Shown here in pieces: positions 1 through 12,400 of a DNA stretch of 64,000 nucleotides (its first letter is position 1; each line of letters opens with the position of its first letter). The notes beneath the pieces are model-generated. The model had not been told where the DNA came from. It saw only the letters and a program-made list of their open reading frames with translations, and made no database searches. The DNA comes from an uncultured Nitrososphaeraceae archaeon. GTDB lineage: Archaea; Thermoproteota; Nitrososphaeria; Nitrososphaerales; Nitrososphaeraceae. A program made the translations under genes and the position numbers. The DNA is taken from positions 96,001-160,000 of the forward strand of contig CAWIMJ010000057.1 of NCBI GenBank assembly GCA_963837175.1. The letters run 5' to 3'.

Positions 1-536
1 CTAACAAAAAATGTTGTCTTGAGTAAACTGGGTTTGTACAATCCATTGAATTCATTGGATGAATTTCTCCTTAAATAAAACTAAATAATTATTTAAGATA
101 CTGAAAAGACTGACTAGTATTAGGTTTGTATTTCCTGAAAGATTTATCAAAAATAAAATAATAGAAATACTTAAAATACTTATAGAATTTATATATCGTA
201 AAAGGAGTAATTATTAGATGCATAAATGCCAATACAGAATTGAACCAGAAAATCAGTAAGTACTTTCCTAGTTCTTAACATCTAATTGAATTGTTTTAAT
301 CTTATTCATTGATAGATATATAACGAAATAGACTGTCTGTGATTGGTTATGTAAAGTAATTTTGTTCTCGAGATACTGCAATCACTATGTTATGCAGTTT
401 GTTGAATCCTCAATACAATATATACACACTTATAAAATCTAAGAATATCATCAACTTTCATAAACTGATCCACTGGCTGGTGCTTTTCAACAAAATATGA
501 ATGTCCTTTTATGTCTGATATTACCCATTATATTAA

Positions 537-1109
537 ATGAAATCACTTTACTTTGCAAGTAATAATTATGATAAGTATGTAGAGATTCAGCCTGTCTTGC
601 AAAAATATTCGATTGATGTTCATTTTTCAAGAATGAAATTAACTGAAATTCAGTCTACATTTTTGATCGAAATAGCGATAGAGAAATCAAAATCTGCGTT
701 TGAAAAGATATCGATGCCTATTATCGTAGAGGATGATGGACTTTATATTGATGAGCTGAATGGTTTTCCTGGTCAATATTCTTCTTACATCTTTGAGACT
801 ATTGGCAATGACGGAATACTAAAATTATTAATCGATTCAAAAACAAGAATCGCTTATTTTAAATCGGTCTTTGTATTCTATGACGGTAAGATTTTACAGA
901 GTTTTGTAGGTGAAACAAAAGGGAAGATAGCTCGTAGACCGATGGGTAGAGGCTGGGGATACGATCCATTGTTTATTCCTAATGGAATCGAACTAACGTT
1001 TGGTCAATTAGATGAAGAAAATAGAAAGGAAGAGTTTTCTCATCGCACACAGGCATTGATAAAATTTGCAGACTGGTATAAATGCAAAAAAGAGAATATT
1101 ATTTATTAA
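537..1109 (+). CDS. rdgB: Non-canonical purine NTP pyrophosphatase (RdgB/HAM1/ITPase family)
   Basis: N-terminal FASNNxxK, VEDDGLYIDELNGFPG, GWGYDPLF and C-terminal SHR motifs. Confidence 0.93.
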   Translation: MKSLYFASNNYDKYVEIQPVLQKYSIDVHFSRMKLTEIQSTFLIEIAIEKSKSAFEKISMPIIVEDDGLYIDELNGFPGQYSSYIFETIGNDGILKLLIDSKTRIAYFKSVFVFYDGKILQSFVGETKGKIARRPMGRGWGYDPLFIPNGIELTFGQLDEENRKEEFSHRTQALIKFADWYKCKKENIIY

Positions 1110-1471
1110 ATAAGTAATGTCATCCCAACAGTTTAATGAGAATATGGACAAATGTAACCAATATTCCACATTTTTATATAGAGTTGAACATGATATATGC
1201 TTAACAGATTTTTTATTCTCATCACTTTGTAATCAGGAGTTAGCAATCTCTGGGAGTTGAATATTTTTGGTCGTGCTGATAACTGTTACGATTATTATCT
1301 ATGACTGAAATCTTATCACTAGGTTAGTCATATACCTATGATTTTGCCTGAGATTCTACAGTCGACTTCTGTAGTTAAGGTATACTAATAAAAACATAAT
1401 TGGTAAGAGATTTTCCTTATCAAAAATTCAAATATTTAATTTCATGCTGTAGTCCATTTGTACATACCTGA

Positions 1472-2506
1472 TTAGTCTATGGGAATATATCCATTAATCC
1501 ATCTATTGATATATCTCTTGTTATTCTGCAAAACTATTATCCTGGAAATCTCACTCTCATCCATTATAGAAAAGTCATCCATTTTGTTATGCAATTGAGA
1601 AGCAAAATTACGGATTTCACTCATTTCAAGCATATTGTTTTTCTTAAGTCGTTGAGTAGACATACCAATATGCATGTATGACTTTAGTTCAATGAAGTGG
1701 GGATTACCCTGTGTCATCATTTCTGCTAATTCTTCGATAATTTTTGTATTATCATTGTATTCTCTGATCATTGTCATTCTTAAGACTGTTCGAGTATCCA
1801 CTGTTGCAAGAAATCTTAAGCTTTCCCACCATCTTTCCCACGCGTCTTTATGACGTGGTCGGTTAATAGTGTAAAACATCTTTCTATTAGATGCATTTGT
1901 GGACAAATATAGTTGAGTAGGCAATGCATCCTCATCAGCCAATCTACGAAGCATTAGCGGTTCCTGACCATTTGTTACTAGGAAGATAGATTTGGTAGCT
2001 TTCAAGTTTTTTAGATATCTTATTAATTGAGGCAACTTTGGATACATTGTAGGTTCGCCAGATAGTGAAATAGCATAGTGAGTAGGAAGCAAAGACTCGT
2101 CTAGCTTTTTCTTCTCATTCTTATGATTTCCATAGAAACCGTTGATCAATTTCTTTCTCTCATGCAATAATTTCTGTACTATAATATCAGGTTCGTCTAC
2201 TAACTCCGTAGGCATTTCCAAAGTATCATAAAATTCAGTTGGACGCCAACAATATACACATCTGTTCTCGCAGTTCATAGCAGCTGGAGTCATTTCCATA
2301 CATTGGTGAGTCGAAATTCCGTAGAACTTATGCTTATAGCAATTTCCTTCATTTGCAAATGACTTTTTTGTCCAATGACATAGTTCAACAGCGGAATGGT
2401 TATACACTCCGTACTTTGCCTTCTGTAATTTTGATTTTATGGGTAAAGTAATTTGGATAAGATTGTTTTGGGTGGTATGCGATATGTGTTCGTCAGAACA
2501 ACTCAT
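1472..2506 (-). CDS. taw1: 4-demethylwyosine synthase Taw1/TYW1 (radical SAM)
   Basis: CHWTK, CYKHKFYGI.THQCMEMTP, CxxxCxxC (CENRCVYCWR), AISLSGEPT. Confidence 0.93.
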   Translation of the reverse strand: MSCSDEHISHTTQNNLIQITLPIKSKLQKAKYGVYNHSAVELCHWTKKSFANEGNCYKHKFYGISTHQCMEMTPAAMNCENRCVYCWRPTEFYDTLEMPTELVDEPDIIVQKLLHERKKLINGFYGNHKNEKKKLDESLLPTHYAISLSGEPTMYPKLPQLIRYLKNLKATKSIFLVTNGQEPLMLRRLADEDALPTQLYLSTNASNRKMFYTINRPRHKDAWERWWESLRFLATVDTRTVLRMTMIREYNDNTKIIEELAEMMTQGNPHFIELKSYMHIGMSTQRLKKNNMLEMSEIRNFASQLHNKMDDFSIMDESEISRIIVLQNNKRYINRWINGYIPID

Positions 2507-2924
2507 TAGAATGATTATTCAATAGGAGCATTTAAAGTTTGCAATATTTGAAAAGCATGAGAAAGCTATGTGTAATAAGAATTTGTATATTGTTCTAGAA
2601 TTCTAAAATTTTTATAAGATTTCGTTCCGTCTACTCTATTCATAGATTTTGGCAAATATAATTTTGGTATTAGGTTCGAATGTAGATATTTAATAGATAT
2701 CTCAGGAATGGTTTTCGAATATTTTCTAAATTTCAGAATATATTGCATATGTTATATCGTAAATAAGAGATGCTTTTTCCATTAAAGTCAGCAATCTATT
2801 AACTTATCACAAATATTCTAAGGTAAGATTCAGAAGTCTCAGTAGGACTTAGAATATTATGCCACAACATTATAGATAACAAGATCACATTTTTAATTGT
2901 CAAATACTGAATAATTGCTGTGGT

Positions 2925-3743
2925 GTGATGATCGACACTAATGAAATTATGAATATTGGACTCGAACTTGTAAATTGGAAGAGGATACCTCCAGATAGTG
3001 CGATTCATGTCAAGGGGAGAAAAATCCATAAAGCCTTGATTGCAGTTGATGCGACGTCTGCCGAAATAATACTTGCAAAAAATTTGGGATGTGATGTGGT
3101 AATTACACATCATCCATTAGGCTCTGCCGCACTTAATTTTTACAAAGTCTTTGATACACATATCAATTTTATGTTAGAGCATGGAATTCCACATGACAAG
3201 GCATCTGATAGCGTAAGGAAGTTGAAGGATAGGATTGAAATTAAAAGTCATGCGCAAATATATACTGATGTAGTAGCCACCGCGAGAATTTTGGGAGTGC
3301 CTCTTGTAAATATTCACCAGCCATGCGACGAGTATGTAAGAAGAAGAATCTTTAACAAGATAAAGAAAAGTGATCCTAATCTAGTTTTGGACATAGTAAA
3401 ATCAATTGAAGAGATTCCTGAATTCAGAAACTCAGAAACTAAGATAAAGGTTTGTTATGGAAGTTCTAAAAATAAAATTGGACGGTGGGCACTTGTTATC
3501 GCTGCAGGAACTAATGGAGGATTTCCAATTGCTAAAGCATATTTTGAACATGGAATTTCAACACTAATCTATCTGCATATTGATTATAATGAACTGATGA
3601 AAATTTATGAGGGCAACTTGAAAGGTAATCTTATTATTCTAGGCCACCTCGCAGGCGATTCGATCGGATTAAATGCATTAGCTGATAGATTAGAAGAGAA
3701 CGGACTTGAGACTGTCAGGTTGGGAATTATACCTTCAACTTAG
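2925..3743 (+). CDS. Nif3-like dinuclear metal-centre protein
   Basis: AVD, ITHHP, NIHQPCD and GHLAGDSIG motifs. Confidence 0.75.
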   Translation: MMIDTNEIMNIGLELVNWKRIPPDSAIHVKGRKIHKALIAVDATSAEIILAKNLGCDVVITHHPLGSAALNFYKVFDTHINFMLEHGIPHDKASDSVRKLKDRIEIKSHAQIYTDVVATARILGVPLVNIHQPCDEYVRRRIFNKIKKSDPNLVLDIVKSIEEIPEFRNSETKIKVCYGSSKNKIGRWALVIAAGTNGGFPIAKAYFEHGISTLIYLHIDYNELMKIYEGNLKGNLIILGHLAGDSIGLNALADRLEENGLETVRLGIIPST

Positions 3744-3833
3744 AAAAGAGAAATTATGCAGTACGTGTTTCATGAGACTCCTGACGCAATATTTAACAAT
3801 TATATATATAGTAATTGTTGCAATTTATTAAAT

Positions 3834-3939
3834 GGCCTTCGTAGTATAGCCTGGTTAGTATAGGCGGCTGTGGTCGATGGCTCGTAAAGGAGTTTATGGT
3901 AGAAACCGCTTGAGGAGGGTTCAAATCCCTCCGAAGGCC
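3834..3939 (+). tRNA. tRNA-His(GTG) with encoded G-1 and a 31-nt intron at 37/38 (3874-3904)
   Basis: Acceptor GCCTTCG/CGAAGGC, anticodon arm GGCGG-CT-GTG-G..A-CCGCT, T arm GAGGG-TTCAAAT-CCCTC; BHB central helix CTGT/GTAG. Confidence 0.93.
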
Positions 3940-4069
3940 CATATTGATTATCGCTTCTCCTAACCAGTTATTATAAACGCTAAGAACAATCTAAATTTTA
4001 TAATCAAGTAATATATTTGCCCAAGTATCTTGGTGATAATATTTTTAAGCGAAATTACGTAAGCACAGA

Positions 4070-4459
4070 ATGACAATGTCAAATGGGAGTATTTTGATAG
4101 TTGATGATGAATTAGATATTACCCTTGCCTTCAAAAAGGGTTTAGAAAGGAATGGATTTCTAGTAGATATATACAACGATCCTATCCTAGCCCTCTCTAA
4201 TTTTAAATCAGGATTTTATGATTTGCTATTAGTGGATGTTCGAATGCCTAAAATGAACGGCTTTGAATTATATCAAGAAATAGAAAAGGTAGACAAAAAA
4301 GCAAAGGTTTGTTTTATTACTGCTTTTGAAGTTTATTATCATGCATTAAAGGAAATATTTCCGACACTAGAGGTAGGGTGTTTTATTCGAAAGCCAATCG
4401 AAATTGATGATTTAGTAAAAAAAATAAATTCAGAGCTACATTCAAGGAAGATTGAATAA
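4070..4459 (+). CDS. Single-domain response regulator (receiver only)
   Basis: ILIVDDE, DLLLVDVRMPKMNG, FITA, IRKP. Confidence 0.92.
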   Translation: MTMSNGSILIVDDELDITLAFKKGLERNGFLVDIYNDPILALSNFKSGFYDLLLVDVRMPKMNGFELYQEIEKVDKKAKVCFITAFEVYYHALKEIFPTLEVGCFIRKPIEIDDLVKKINSELHSRKIE

Positions 4460-4574
4460 TTGAACTTTCTAATTAGCTGATACTCTTTAGATTAGTAATA
4501 GGGAAAGCAGAATACACGCTCTAAATGTAAAAAAATCTTGAATCAATTTCCGACTATATTAAATAAAGATAAAG

Positions 4575-5598
4575 TTAATGCTTAAGGTTAAAACTGAATC
4601 TGTTATATCTTGTGGTTGCTATGATGAATGCTATGATGGCTATCCCCAATATGATTGCAGCAATTGGTCCAAATTCTGGTATGATGTGAGTACCCGCAAT
4701 TTCTATTTTCTCAGCACCTTTATCAAACCCAATTTGTAGTGTCCTTACTTCATTATTATTTGTTATTTCTTCAAAGGCTTTGGGTTGGTCATCAATGAAT
4801 ACTGCGTAATCTTCATCAGTATTTCCTTGTGCTTTTGAGTCAATTACATTTCTTGGAAGTTCAATTGTTAATGTTCCGTCTTCACTTGAAGCAATGTTTA
4901 TCAAAAATGTTGATTGGGCTGGATCTGCACTTATATTAGTGACTTCTCCTCCTGTAGTATTATACTTGAGAGGATATTTTTGATTATTTATTGTTACATC
5001 AAATGTGTTATTAGTTGATGTTCTAGTGCCTGTAGCATTACTTCCTTGAGTAGCTCGCAGTGCCTGTAGCATTACTTCCTTGAGTAGCTGCAGTGCCTGT
5101 AGCATTACTTCCTTGAGTAGCTGCAGTGCCTGTAGCACCTTTCGCTGTTATTTGAGTACCCGCAATTTCTATTTTCTCAGCACCTTTATCAAACCCAATT
5201 TGTAGTGTCCTTACTTCATTATTATTTGTTATTTCTTCAAAGGCTTTGGGTTGGTCATCAATGAATACTGCGTAATCTTCATCAGTATTTCCTTGTGCTT
5301 TTGAGTCAATTACATTTCTTGGAAGTTCAATTGTTAATGTTCCGTCTTCACTTGAAGCAATGTTTATCAAAAATGTTGATTGGGCTGGATCTGCACTTAT
5401 ATTAGTGACTTCTCCTCCTGTAGTATTATACTTGAGAGGATATTTTTGATTATTTATTGTTACATCAAATGTATTAGCATCTGAAATAGTTTGCGCAAAG
5501 GTTGTTTCTATTGTGTATGAATTAATAATTGCAACTGATGACAATAGTATTGCAACCAGTGTGCATATTCCGTAAAACATATTACACTTAAGCGCCAC
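4575..5598 (-). CDS. Secreted PEFG-CTERM surface protein with an exactly duplicated domain; one +1 insertion at about 5056 splits it into two track ORFs
   Basis: Signal peptide, two copies of a ~106-aa domain, TQGSNATGTA linker repeats, C-terminal IPEFG plus TM helix and basic tail; 1024 nt minus 1 = 341 codons. Confidence 0.85.
4687..5472. repeat. 320-bp direct repeat (4687-5006 / 5153-5472) flanking ~30-bp tandem repeats (5026-5137)
   Basis: The two copies read identical by eye; tandem unit gtgcctgtagcattacttccttgagtagctgca. Confidence 0.92.
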
Positions 5599-5829
5599 TA
5601 TCCTGTTATATTTCTGTTACTATTTATTGTCTCGCCGATTTTCTATATTGGCTGCATATTGGCGCACTCCATTAATGATTTCATCATAATTGAGACAGAT
5701 CTCTATTTTTACATATAGCACGGATTGAGGCACTATGCTTATATAATGTTACAGTTAGATTGAAAGCAAACATGTTTTTCCTAGATTATAGGATCTTCGC
5801 TAATAAAACAAAAGTGTGGAGGGTTTGTA

Positions 5830-6087
5830 TTGAAATTGTCATCTGAAAAAAAAGTTATGAAAATTACTAATCATATTTTTCAACCCAAGCATGAAATTCT
5901 TTCCAAGAATGAAGCACAAGAAGTTTTGAAACAATACAACACAAAACCAAGTCAACTTCCTTATATTATGCTTAGTGATAAGGGTCTAGAAGACCTTGAT
6001 GTACGCCCCGGTGACGTTATCAAGATTACTAGAAAGAGCACAACTGCAGGTCAAAGTGTATATTACCGCTATGTTGTAGAAGGTTGA
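5830..6087 (+). CDS. rpoH: RNA polymerase subunit H (Rpo5)
   Basis: HIFQPKHEIL, QLPYI, GDVIKITRKS.TAG.SVYYRYVV. Confidence 0.96.
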   Translation: MKLSSEKKVMKITNHIFQPKHEILSKNEAQEVLKQYNTKPSQLPYIMLSDKGLEDLDVRPGDVIKITRKSTTAGQSVYYRYVVEG

Positions 6088-6094
6088 ACATATT

Positions 6095-9000
6095 ATGATG
6101 GAGATATCGATCGATATGTGGCCTATAATTAATGACATTCTAAGGAGAGAAGGTGTCGCAAGACAACACCTAAATTCTTATAATGAATTTATGGAGCGTG
6201 GACTTCAGAGTATTATCGATGAAGTTAGTGAAATTGAAGTAGAGACTGCCGAATACCCATATAAGATTAAGCTAGGTAAAATAAAACTTCAACAACCGAG
6301 AATTATGGAACTAGATGGTTCCATAACTCATGTTGCACCAATGGAAGCCCGTCTCAGGAATCTCACATATGCATCTCCTGTTATGCTTGAATGTAGTATA
6401 GTTGAGGACGGTAAGATACTGGAGTCCAGATTTATCCATATTGGGGATATGCCTGTTATGGTCAAATCCAATGCTTGCATTTTACATAATTTACCAGAGA
6501 CTAAATTAATTGAACTTGGAGAAGATCCAAAGGATCCTGGTGGCTATTTTGTAATCAATGGTTCAGAACGGGTAATTGTTGGTCTTGAAGACCTTTCTTA
6601 TAATAAAATTATTGTGGATGCAGAAGAAACAACAGGTGCAATGCTTTACAAAGCCAAAGTGTATTCTTCAATTGTGGGATATAGGGCAAAACTCGAACTG
6701 ATCATGCGACCAGATGGCTCAATAGTAGCGAAAATACCTGGTTCTCCTGTTGATATTCCATTGATTACTCTTGTTCGAGCACTGGGCTTAGAATCTGATA
6801 AAGACATTGCTAATGCAGTTTCCCTAAACGAACCTATTCAAGACGAATTAGAACCATCTTTTGAGAAAGCAGGAGAAATTATAACAAGCAGAGATGCCAT
6901 CATCTACATCAGTAAGAGAATTGCTCCTGGTATGCTGGAGGAATTCCAAATAAAGCGCGCGGAAACTCTTCTGGATTGGGGATTGCTACCACATCTTGGA
7001 AAGAATCCTGACAATAGGCATGAAAAAGCACTATTCTTAGGTGAAGCTGCATGCAAATTAATTGAGTTAAAATTGGGTTGGATAGATTCCGATGATAAAG
7101 ATCATTATGGTAATAAAGTTATAAAATTTGCTGGTCAGATGCTTGCAGATCTCTTCAGAACTGCTTTTAGAAACCTGATAAGAGATATGAAGTATCAATT
7201 GGAACGCTCAGGACAAAAGCGTGGTATTAATGCAGTAGCTGCAGCTGTTCGACCAGGGATCATATCGGATAAGCTAAACAACGCTATTGCCACCGGCAAT
7301 TGGGGTAGAGGCAGAGTCGGTGTTACACAACTTCTCGATAGGACAAATTATATGTCAACAATTAGCCACTTGCGTCGAATACAGTCTCCTTTAAGCAGAA
7401 GTCAACCTAACTTTGAAGCGAGAGATTTACATGCTACTCACTTTGGTAGAATTTGTCCTGCAGAGACACCTGAGGGTTCTAATTGCGGTCTCGTCAAGAA
7501 TCTTGCTCTTTCAGCCATAATTTCGGTAAGTGTATCATCAGCAGAAATCATTGAAAAATTATATGAATTAGGTGTTCAGCATGTAGACGAGGCAAATGAT
7601 AATCTCAGAGGTACAGGCAGTAGAATATTCGTAGATGGACGATTGATCGGTTATGTTGAAGACGGTCAGCATTTATCTAACACATTACGAACAATGAGGC
7701 GGTCAGGAAAAATACATCCTCACGTTGGAATGTATTTTTACTCGTCTTTGAATAATAATGCTACTAAACGATTCTATATAAGCTGTAACGCAGGCCGTGT
7801 TCTAAGACCTTTAGCTATCATCAAAGATGGCAAACCTTTGATGAGTGTTGAAATAATTGAAAAGGTAACAAAGAAATTTCTTTCCTGGACAGATCTTCTA
7901 TATATGGGTATAGTTGAATTGGTTGATGCAAATGAAGAAGAAAATTGTTACGTTGCTATAGATATAAAGAAAATAGAGAATGTCCATACCCATTTAGAAA
8001 TATTTCCATCCGCAATTCTTGGCGTTGGTGCGTCAATTATCCCCTATCCAGAACACAATCAGTCACCACGAAATACTTATGAGAGCGCTATGGCAAAACA
8101 GAGTCTTGGATTCTCGACTCCATTGATGAATGCTAGTACATATGTAAGACAACACTTTATGCTCTATCCACAGATCCCTATGGTAAGTACAAAGGCCATT
8201 AATCTGTTAGGACTTGATGACCGTCCAACAGGACAGAACTGTATTGTAGCTGTTCTGCCTTTTGAAGGCTATAATATTGAAGATGCTGTGGTATTCAATA
8301 AATCTTCAGTAGATAGAGGATTAGGCAGGACATTTTTTTACAGGGTATACGAAGCAGAGGCAAAGCAATATCCAGGTGGAATGAAAGACAACTTCGAGCT
8401 TCCGGCATCGGATACTAACATTCGGGGTTACAGAGGAGAAAAGGCATATAGATTGCTTGAACAAGATGGAGCAATCATGCACGAGGCTATAGTAACCGGT
8501 GGAGACATTCTTATCGGCAGAACCTCGCCTCCTAGATTTATGGAAGAGTACAAAGAATTTGAGGTTAAGGGTCCTTACCGTAGAGATACATCAGTGGGAG
8601 TGAGGCCATCAGAAAACGGTGTCGTTGACAGCGTAATCATGACTCAGTCGGTTGAAGGTGGTAAGATGTATAAAATCAGAGTACGAGATACACGCATACC
8701 TGAAATAGGTGACAAGTTTGCATCACGTCATGGACAAAAAGGAGTTGTGGGTATGCTGGTAGCCCAGGAAGATCTACCATACTCAGAAGATGGAGTTATG
8801 CCTGACATAATGATAAATCCACATGCGTTTCCATCAAGAATGACCGTTGGACAATTTATGGAATCCCTTGGAGGAAAAGCCGCATCGCTTAGAGGAAGAA
8901 TTGTTGATGGCTCTGCTTTCCTAGGTGAGAAATTGGATAATATAAAGGACGTGATGGAGCAATATGGATTCAAACATAGCGGCAAAGAAATTATGTATGA

Positions 9001-9445
9001 TGGTAGAACGGGAAAAAGGTTCCCTGCTGAAGTATACATAGGCGTTGTATATTATCAAAAGCTCCATCATATGGTTGCTGACAAAATCCATAGCAGGGCT
9101 AGAGGACAAGTACAAATGCTTACGAAGCAGCCTACAGAAGGTAGGGCACGAGGAGGAGGTCTTAGATTTGGAGAAATGGAGAGAGATTGTCTGATTGCAT
9201 ACGGCGCATCTATGATGCTCAAAGACAGACTGTTGGAGGAATCTGATAAGGCAGAAGTTAATGTCTGCGAACGCTGTGGCCTTTTATCATATTATGATGT
9301 AAAGCAGAGAAGATATATTTGCAGGGTATGTGGTGAGAAAGCAAAAATTTCATCCGTTGTGATTGCATATGCATTTAAATTGCTTTTACAAGAAATGATG
9401 AGCCTGAATGTGGCTCCGCGGTTGTTAGCAAGGGAGAAGGTCTAG
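6095..9445 (+). CDS. rpoB: RNA polymerase subunit B (Rpo2), unsplit
   Basis: GGYFVINGSERV, GDKFASRHGQKG, GGLRFGEMERD. Confidence 0.99.
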   Translation: MMEISIDMWPIINDILRREGVARQHLNSYNEFMERGLQSIIDEVSEIEVETAEYPYKIKLGKIKLQQPRIMELDGSITHVAPMEARLRNLTYASPVMLECSIVEDGKILESRFIHIGDMPVMVKSNACILHNLPETKLIELGEDPKDPGGYFVINGSERVIVGLEDLSYNKIIVDAEETTGAMLYKAKVYSSIVGYRAKLELIMRPDGSIVAKIPGSPVDIPLITLVRALGLESDKDIANAVSLNEPIQDELEPSFEKAGEIITSRDAIIYISKRIAPGMLEEFQIKRAETLLDWGLLPHLGKNPDNRHEKALFLGEAACKLIELKLGWIDSDDKDHYGNKVIKFAGQMLADLFRTAFRNLIRDMKYQLERSGQKRGINAVAAAVRPGIISDKLNNAIATGNWGRGRVGVTQLLDRTNYMSTISHLRRIQSPLSRSQPNFEARDLHATHFGRICPAETPEGSNCGLVKNLALSAIISVSVSSAEIIEKLYELGVQHVDEANDNLRGTGSRIFVDGRLIGYVEDGQHLSNTLRTMRRSGKIHPHVGMYFYSSLNNNATKRFYISCNAGRVLRPLAIIKDGKPLMSVEIIEKVTKKFLSWTDLLYMGIVELVDANEEENCYVAIDIKKIENVHTHLEIFPSAILGVGASIIPYPEHNQSPRNTYESAMAKQSLGFSTPLMNASTYVRQHFMLYPQIPMVSTKAINLLGLDDRPTGQNCIVAVLPFEGYNIEDAVVFNKSSVDRGLGRTFFYRVYEAEAKQYPGGMKDNFELPASDTNIRGYRGEKAYRLLEQDGAIMHEAIVTGGDILIGRTSPPRFMEEYKEFEVKGPYRRDTSVGVRPSENGVVDSVIMTQSVEGGKMYKIRVRDTRIPEIGDKFASRHGQKGVVGMLVAQEDLPYSEDGVMPDIMINPHAFPSRMTVGQFMESLGGKAASLRGRIVDGSAFLGEKLDNIKDVMEQYGFKHSGKEIMYDGRTGKRFPAEVYIGVVYYQKLHHMVADKIHSRARGQVQMLTKQPTEGRARGGGLRFGEMERDCLIAYGASMMLKDRLLEESDKAEVNVCERCGLLSYYDVKQRRYICRVCGEKAKISSVVIAYAFKLLLQEMMSLNVAPRLLAREKV

Positions 9446-9473
9446 AGCCAAGAAAAAGGAGCTGACAAAAAAA

Positions 9474-12400
9474 ATGGAAGAATCTGTAAAAATATTAGGA
9501 GGAATAAAGTTTAGTGTATGGTCCCCCATAGAAGTTCGTAAGTTCAGCGTTGCAGAAATCACAGCACCAGAGACCTATGATGAAGATGGAATGCCTGTAC
9601 AAGGCGGATTGATGGATAATCGTCTAGGAACACTTGAACCAGGCCAAAAATGTGCAACCTGCGGCAATACATCTGCAAAATGTCCCGGCCACTTTGGCCA
9701 TATTGAACTAGCAGAGCCAGTCCTTCATATTGCATTCGTTGATGACATCCACAAATTGCTACTTATTACATGCAGATCATGTAATAGAATTAAACTCGAT
9801 CCAGAAGAATTAGTTAAATACAAAGAGCTCAGAGATAGTAAGGCTGCATATGCCGTAATAACTTTAGAGAATGTTAAGGATACAATTATTGAGAAGGCGA
9901 AGAAAGTAAAAATTTGTCCTCATTGTGCAAAAGAACAGTATGATCTCATTTTTACAAAACCAACTATCTTTGTAGAAAAAACCGAAGTCGGTGAGAATAG
10001 ACTCTTACCAATTACTATTAGAGAAAGACTAGTCCATATTCCGGATGATGATCTGAGACTTTTAGGATACGATCCGACGACTGCCAGGCCTGAATGGTTT
10101 GTTCTTCAAGTTTTAGCGGTTCCCCCTGTAACTGTGAGACCTTCAATTATTCTTGAAACCGGAATAAGATCAGAAGATGACTTGACACACAAACTCGTAG
10201 ACATCATTAGAGTAAATCAGAGATTGAAAGAGAGTAAGGAGGCTGGAACACCTCCACTTATTGTGCAGGATTTGGTTGATTTGTTGCAATATCATGTTAC
10301 GACGTACTTTGATAATGAGGTTTCAGGAATCCCTCAAGCTCATCACAGATCTGGCAGGCCTCTTAAAACTTTGACTCAGAGATTAAAGGGTAAAGAAGGT
10401 AGGTTCCGAGGCTCACTTTCTGGCAAAAGAGTAGATTTTTCGAGTCGGACCGTAATCTCTCCTGATCCAAACCTTGAGATCTCTAACGTCGGAGTTCCCG
10501 TCGACGTTGCAAAGAAACTTACCATTCCAGAAACCGTATCACAATGGAGTCTCGAAAGATTAAAGAAATTGGTAATTAATGGTCCCAATATATATCCAGG
10601 GGCTAATTATATTATCCGACCAGATGGAGTGAAAATAAGGTTAGACTATGTTACTGACAGAAAAACGATTTCAGATTCAGTAGTAGCAGGTTATATCGTT
10701 GAAAGACATTTGTCTGATGGGGATATAGTAATTTTCAATAGACAACCTTCATTACATAGAATGTCGATTATGGCTCATTACGTTAGAGTACTTCCATATC
10801 GTACGTTTAGATTACATCCGGCCGTTTGTCCACCTTATAATGCAGATTTTGACGGTGATGAGATGAACCTTCATGTTCCTCAAAGCGAAGAGGCACGTGC
10901 TGAGGCTGCTTTGCTGATGAAGGTTCAAGACCAGTTAATATCACCAAGATATGGTGGGCCTATTATTGGTGGAATTAGAGACTTTATTACTGGAGCGTTC
11001 ATTTTAACCCGGGATGATACAACTCTAACAAGAGAAGAATTCGCAAATTTGGCCTTGATAGGAGGATATACAGGTGTTCTACCAGAACCTAAACTGGGTA
11101 AAGATGCAAGAAAAGTATATTCTGGTAAACAGCTGTTTTCTCTTTTCTTGCCAAAGGATTTTAATTTTATAATTACTTCAAAGTGGAATAAATCTGCAAA
11201 GCGTGAAGGAAAGGATGTCGTAATAAAAAATGGAGAACTCATTAGCGGGGTTATTGACAAAGCCTCTATTGGAGCAGAAGAACCAGATAGCGTACTGCAC
11301 AGAATAACGAAAGATTATGGCAATGACACTGCTAGAAAATTCCTTGATTCAATACTTATTATGCTCAAAACGTACATAACGCATCAGGGCTTTAGTTATG
11401 GATATTCTGATCTTTGGCTAAGCGATGAAACGAGAAAAGAAATTAATGATGTTATTCAGAAGGCGTATACCAAGGTTAATGAGCTCATAGAACAATATAA
11501 ATCTGGTACATTACCTCTCACTAGAGGCCTAGCTCCAGAAGAAGCACTTGAATTGTATGTAGTGAATGAGTTGTCCAGGGCAAGAGATAGAGCAGGCAAA
11601 AACGCGGATAGAGCATTTCCCGATGACAATTCTGGTGTAATTATGGCATCTACTGGCGCAAGAGGCTCAACCCTTAATATTGGCCAAATGACTGCAGCTT
11701 TGGGTCAGCAATCTATTAGAGGCAAGAGGATCAATAAAGGATACCATAATCGCTCTTTACCTCATTTTAGGACTAATGATGCAAACCCAGATGCGAAGGG
11801 TTTCGTAAAGTCAAACTATAGGGACGGATTGAGCCCATTAGAATTCTTCTTCCATGCAATGGGAGGTCGAGAAGGTCTAGTCGATACTGCTGTCAGGACA
11901 CAGCAATCAGGTTACATGCAAAGAAGGTTAATTAATGCTCTTGAACATCTCAAAATAGAATATGATCAGACTGTTCGTGATCCACATGGAAATATTATAC
12001 AGTATCTCTACGGTGAAGATGGTATAGACCCAGCAAAAAGTGATCATGGTGAGGCAGTAAACATATCTAGGCTAATAGAAAATGAATCGGTTATCGATGA
12101 GGGTAAAAAGGCTACGGAAAATGAGATCAAAGATATTATAGAAAAATACACAGAAACCCTCAATCCACGCTTGAGAAATAGCCTTGAAACTGCTTTGTTC
12201 GAAAAGAGATTAAGCAAGGAAGGAATTGAGAAAGTATTGAAGAAGACCGTCGATTTGATTGAAAGGGCTATGACTGAGCCTGGAGAAGCTGTAGGTGTTG
12301 TGACTGCGCAATCTATAGGTGAGCCGGGAACACAGATGACACTTAGAACATTCCACTTTGCTGGTGTTAAAGAGCGCAATGTTACTCTAGGACTTCCTAG

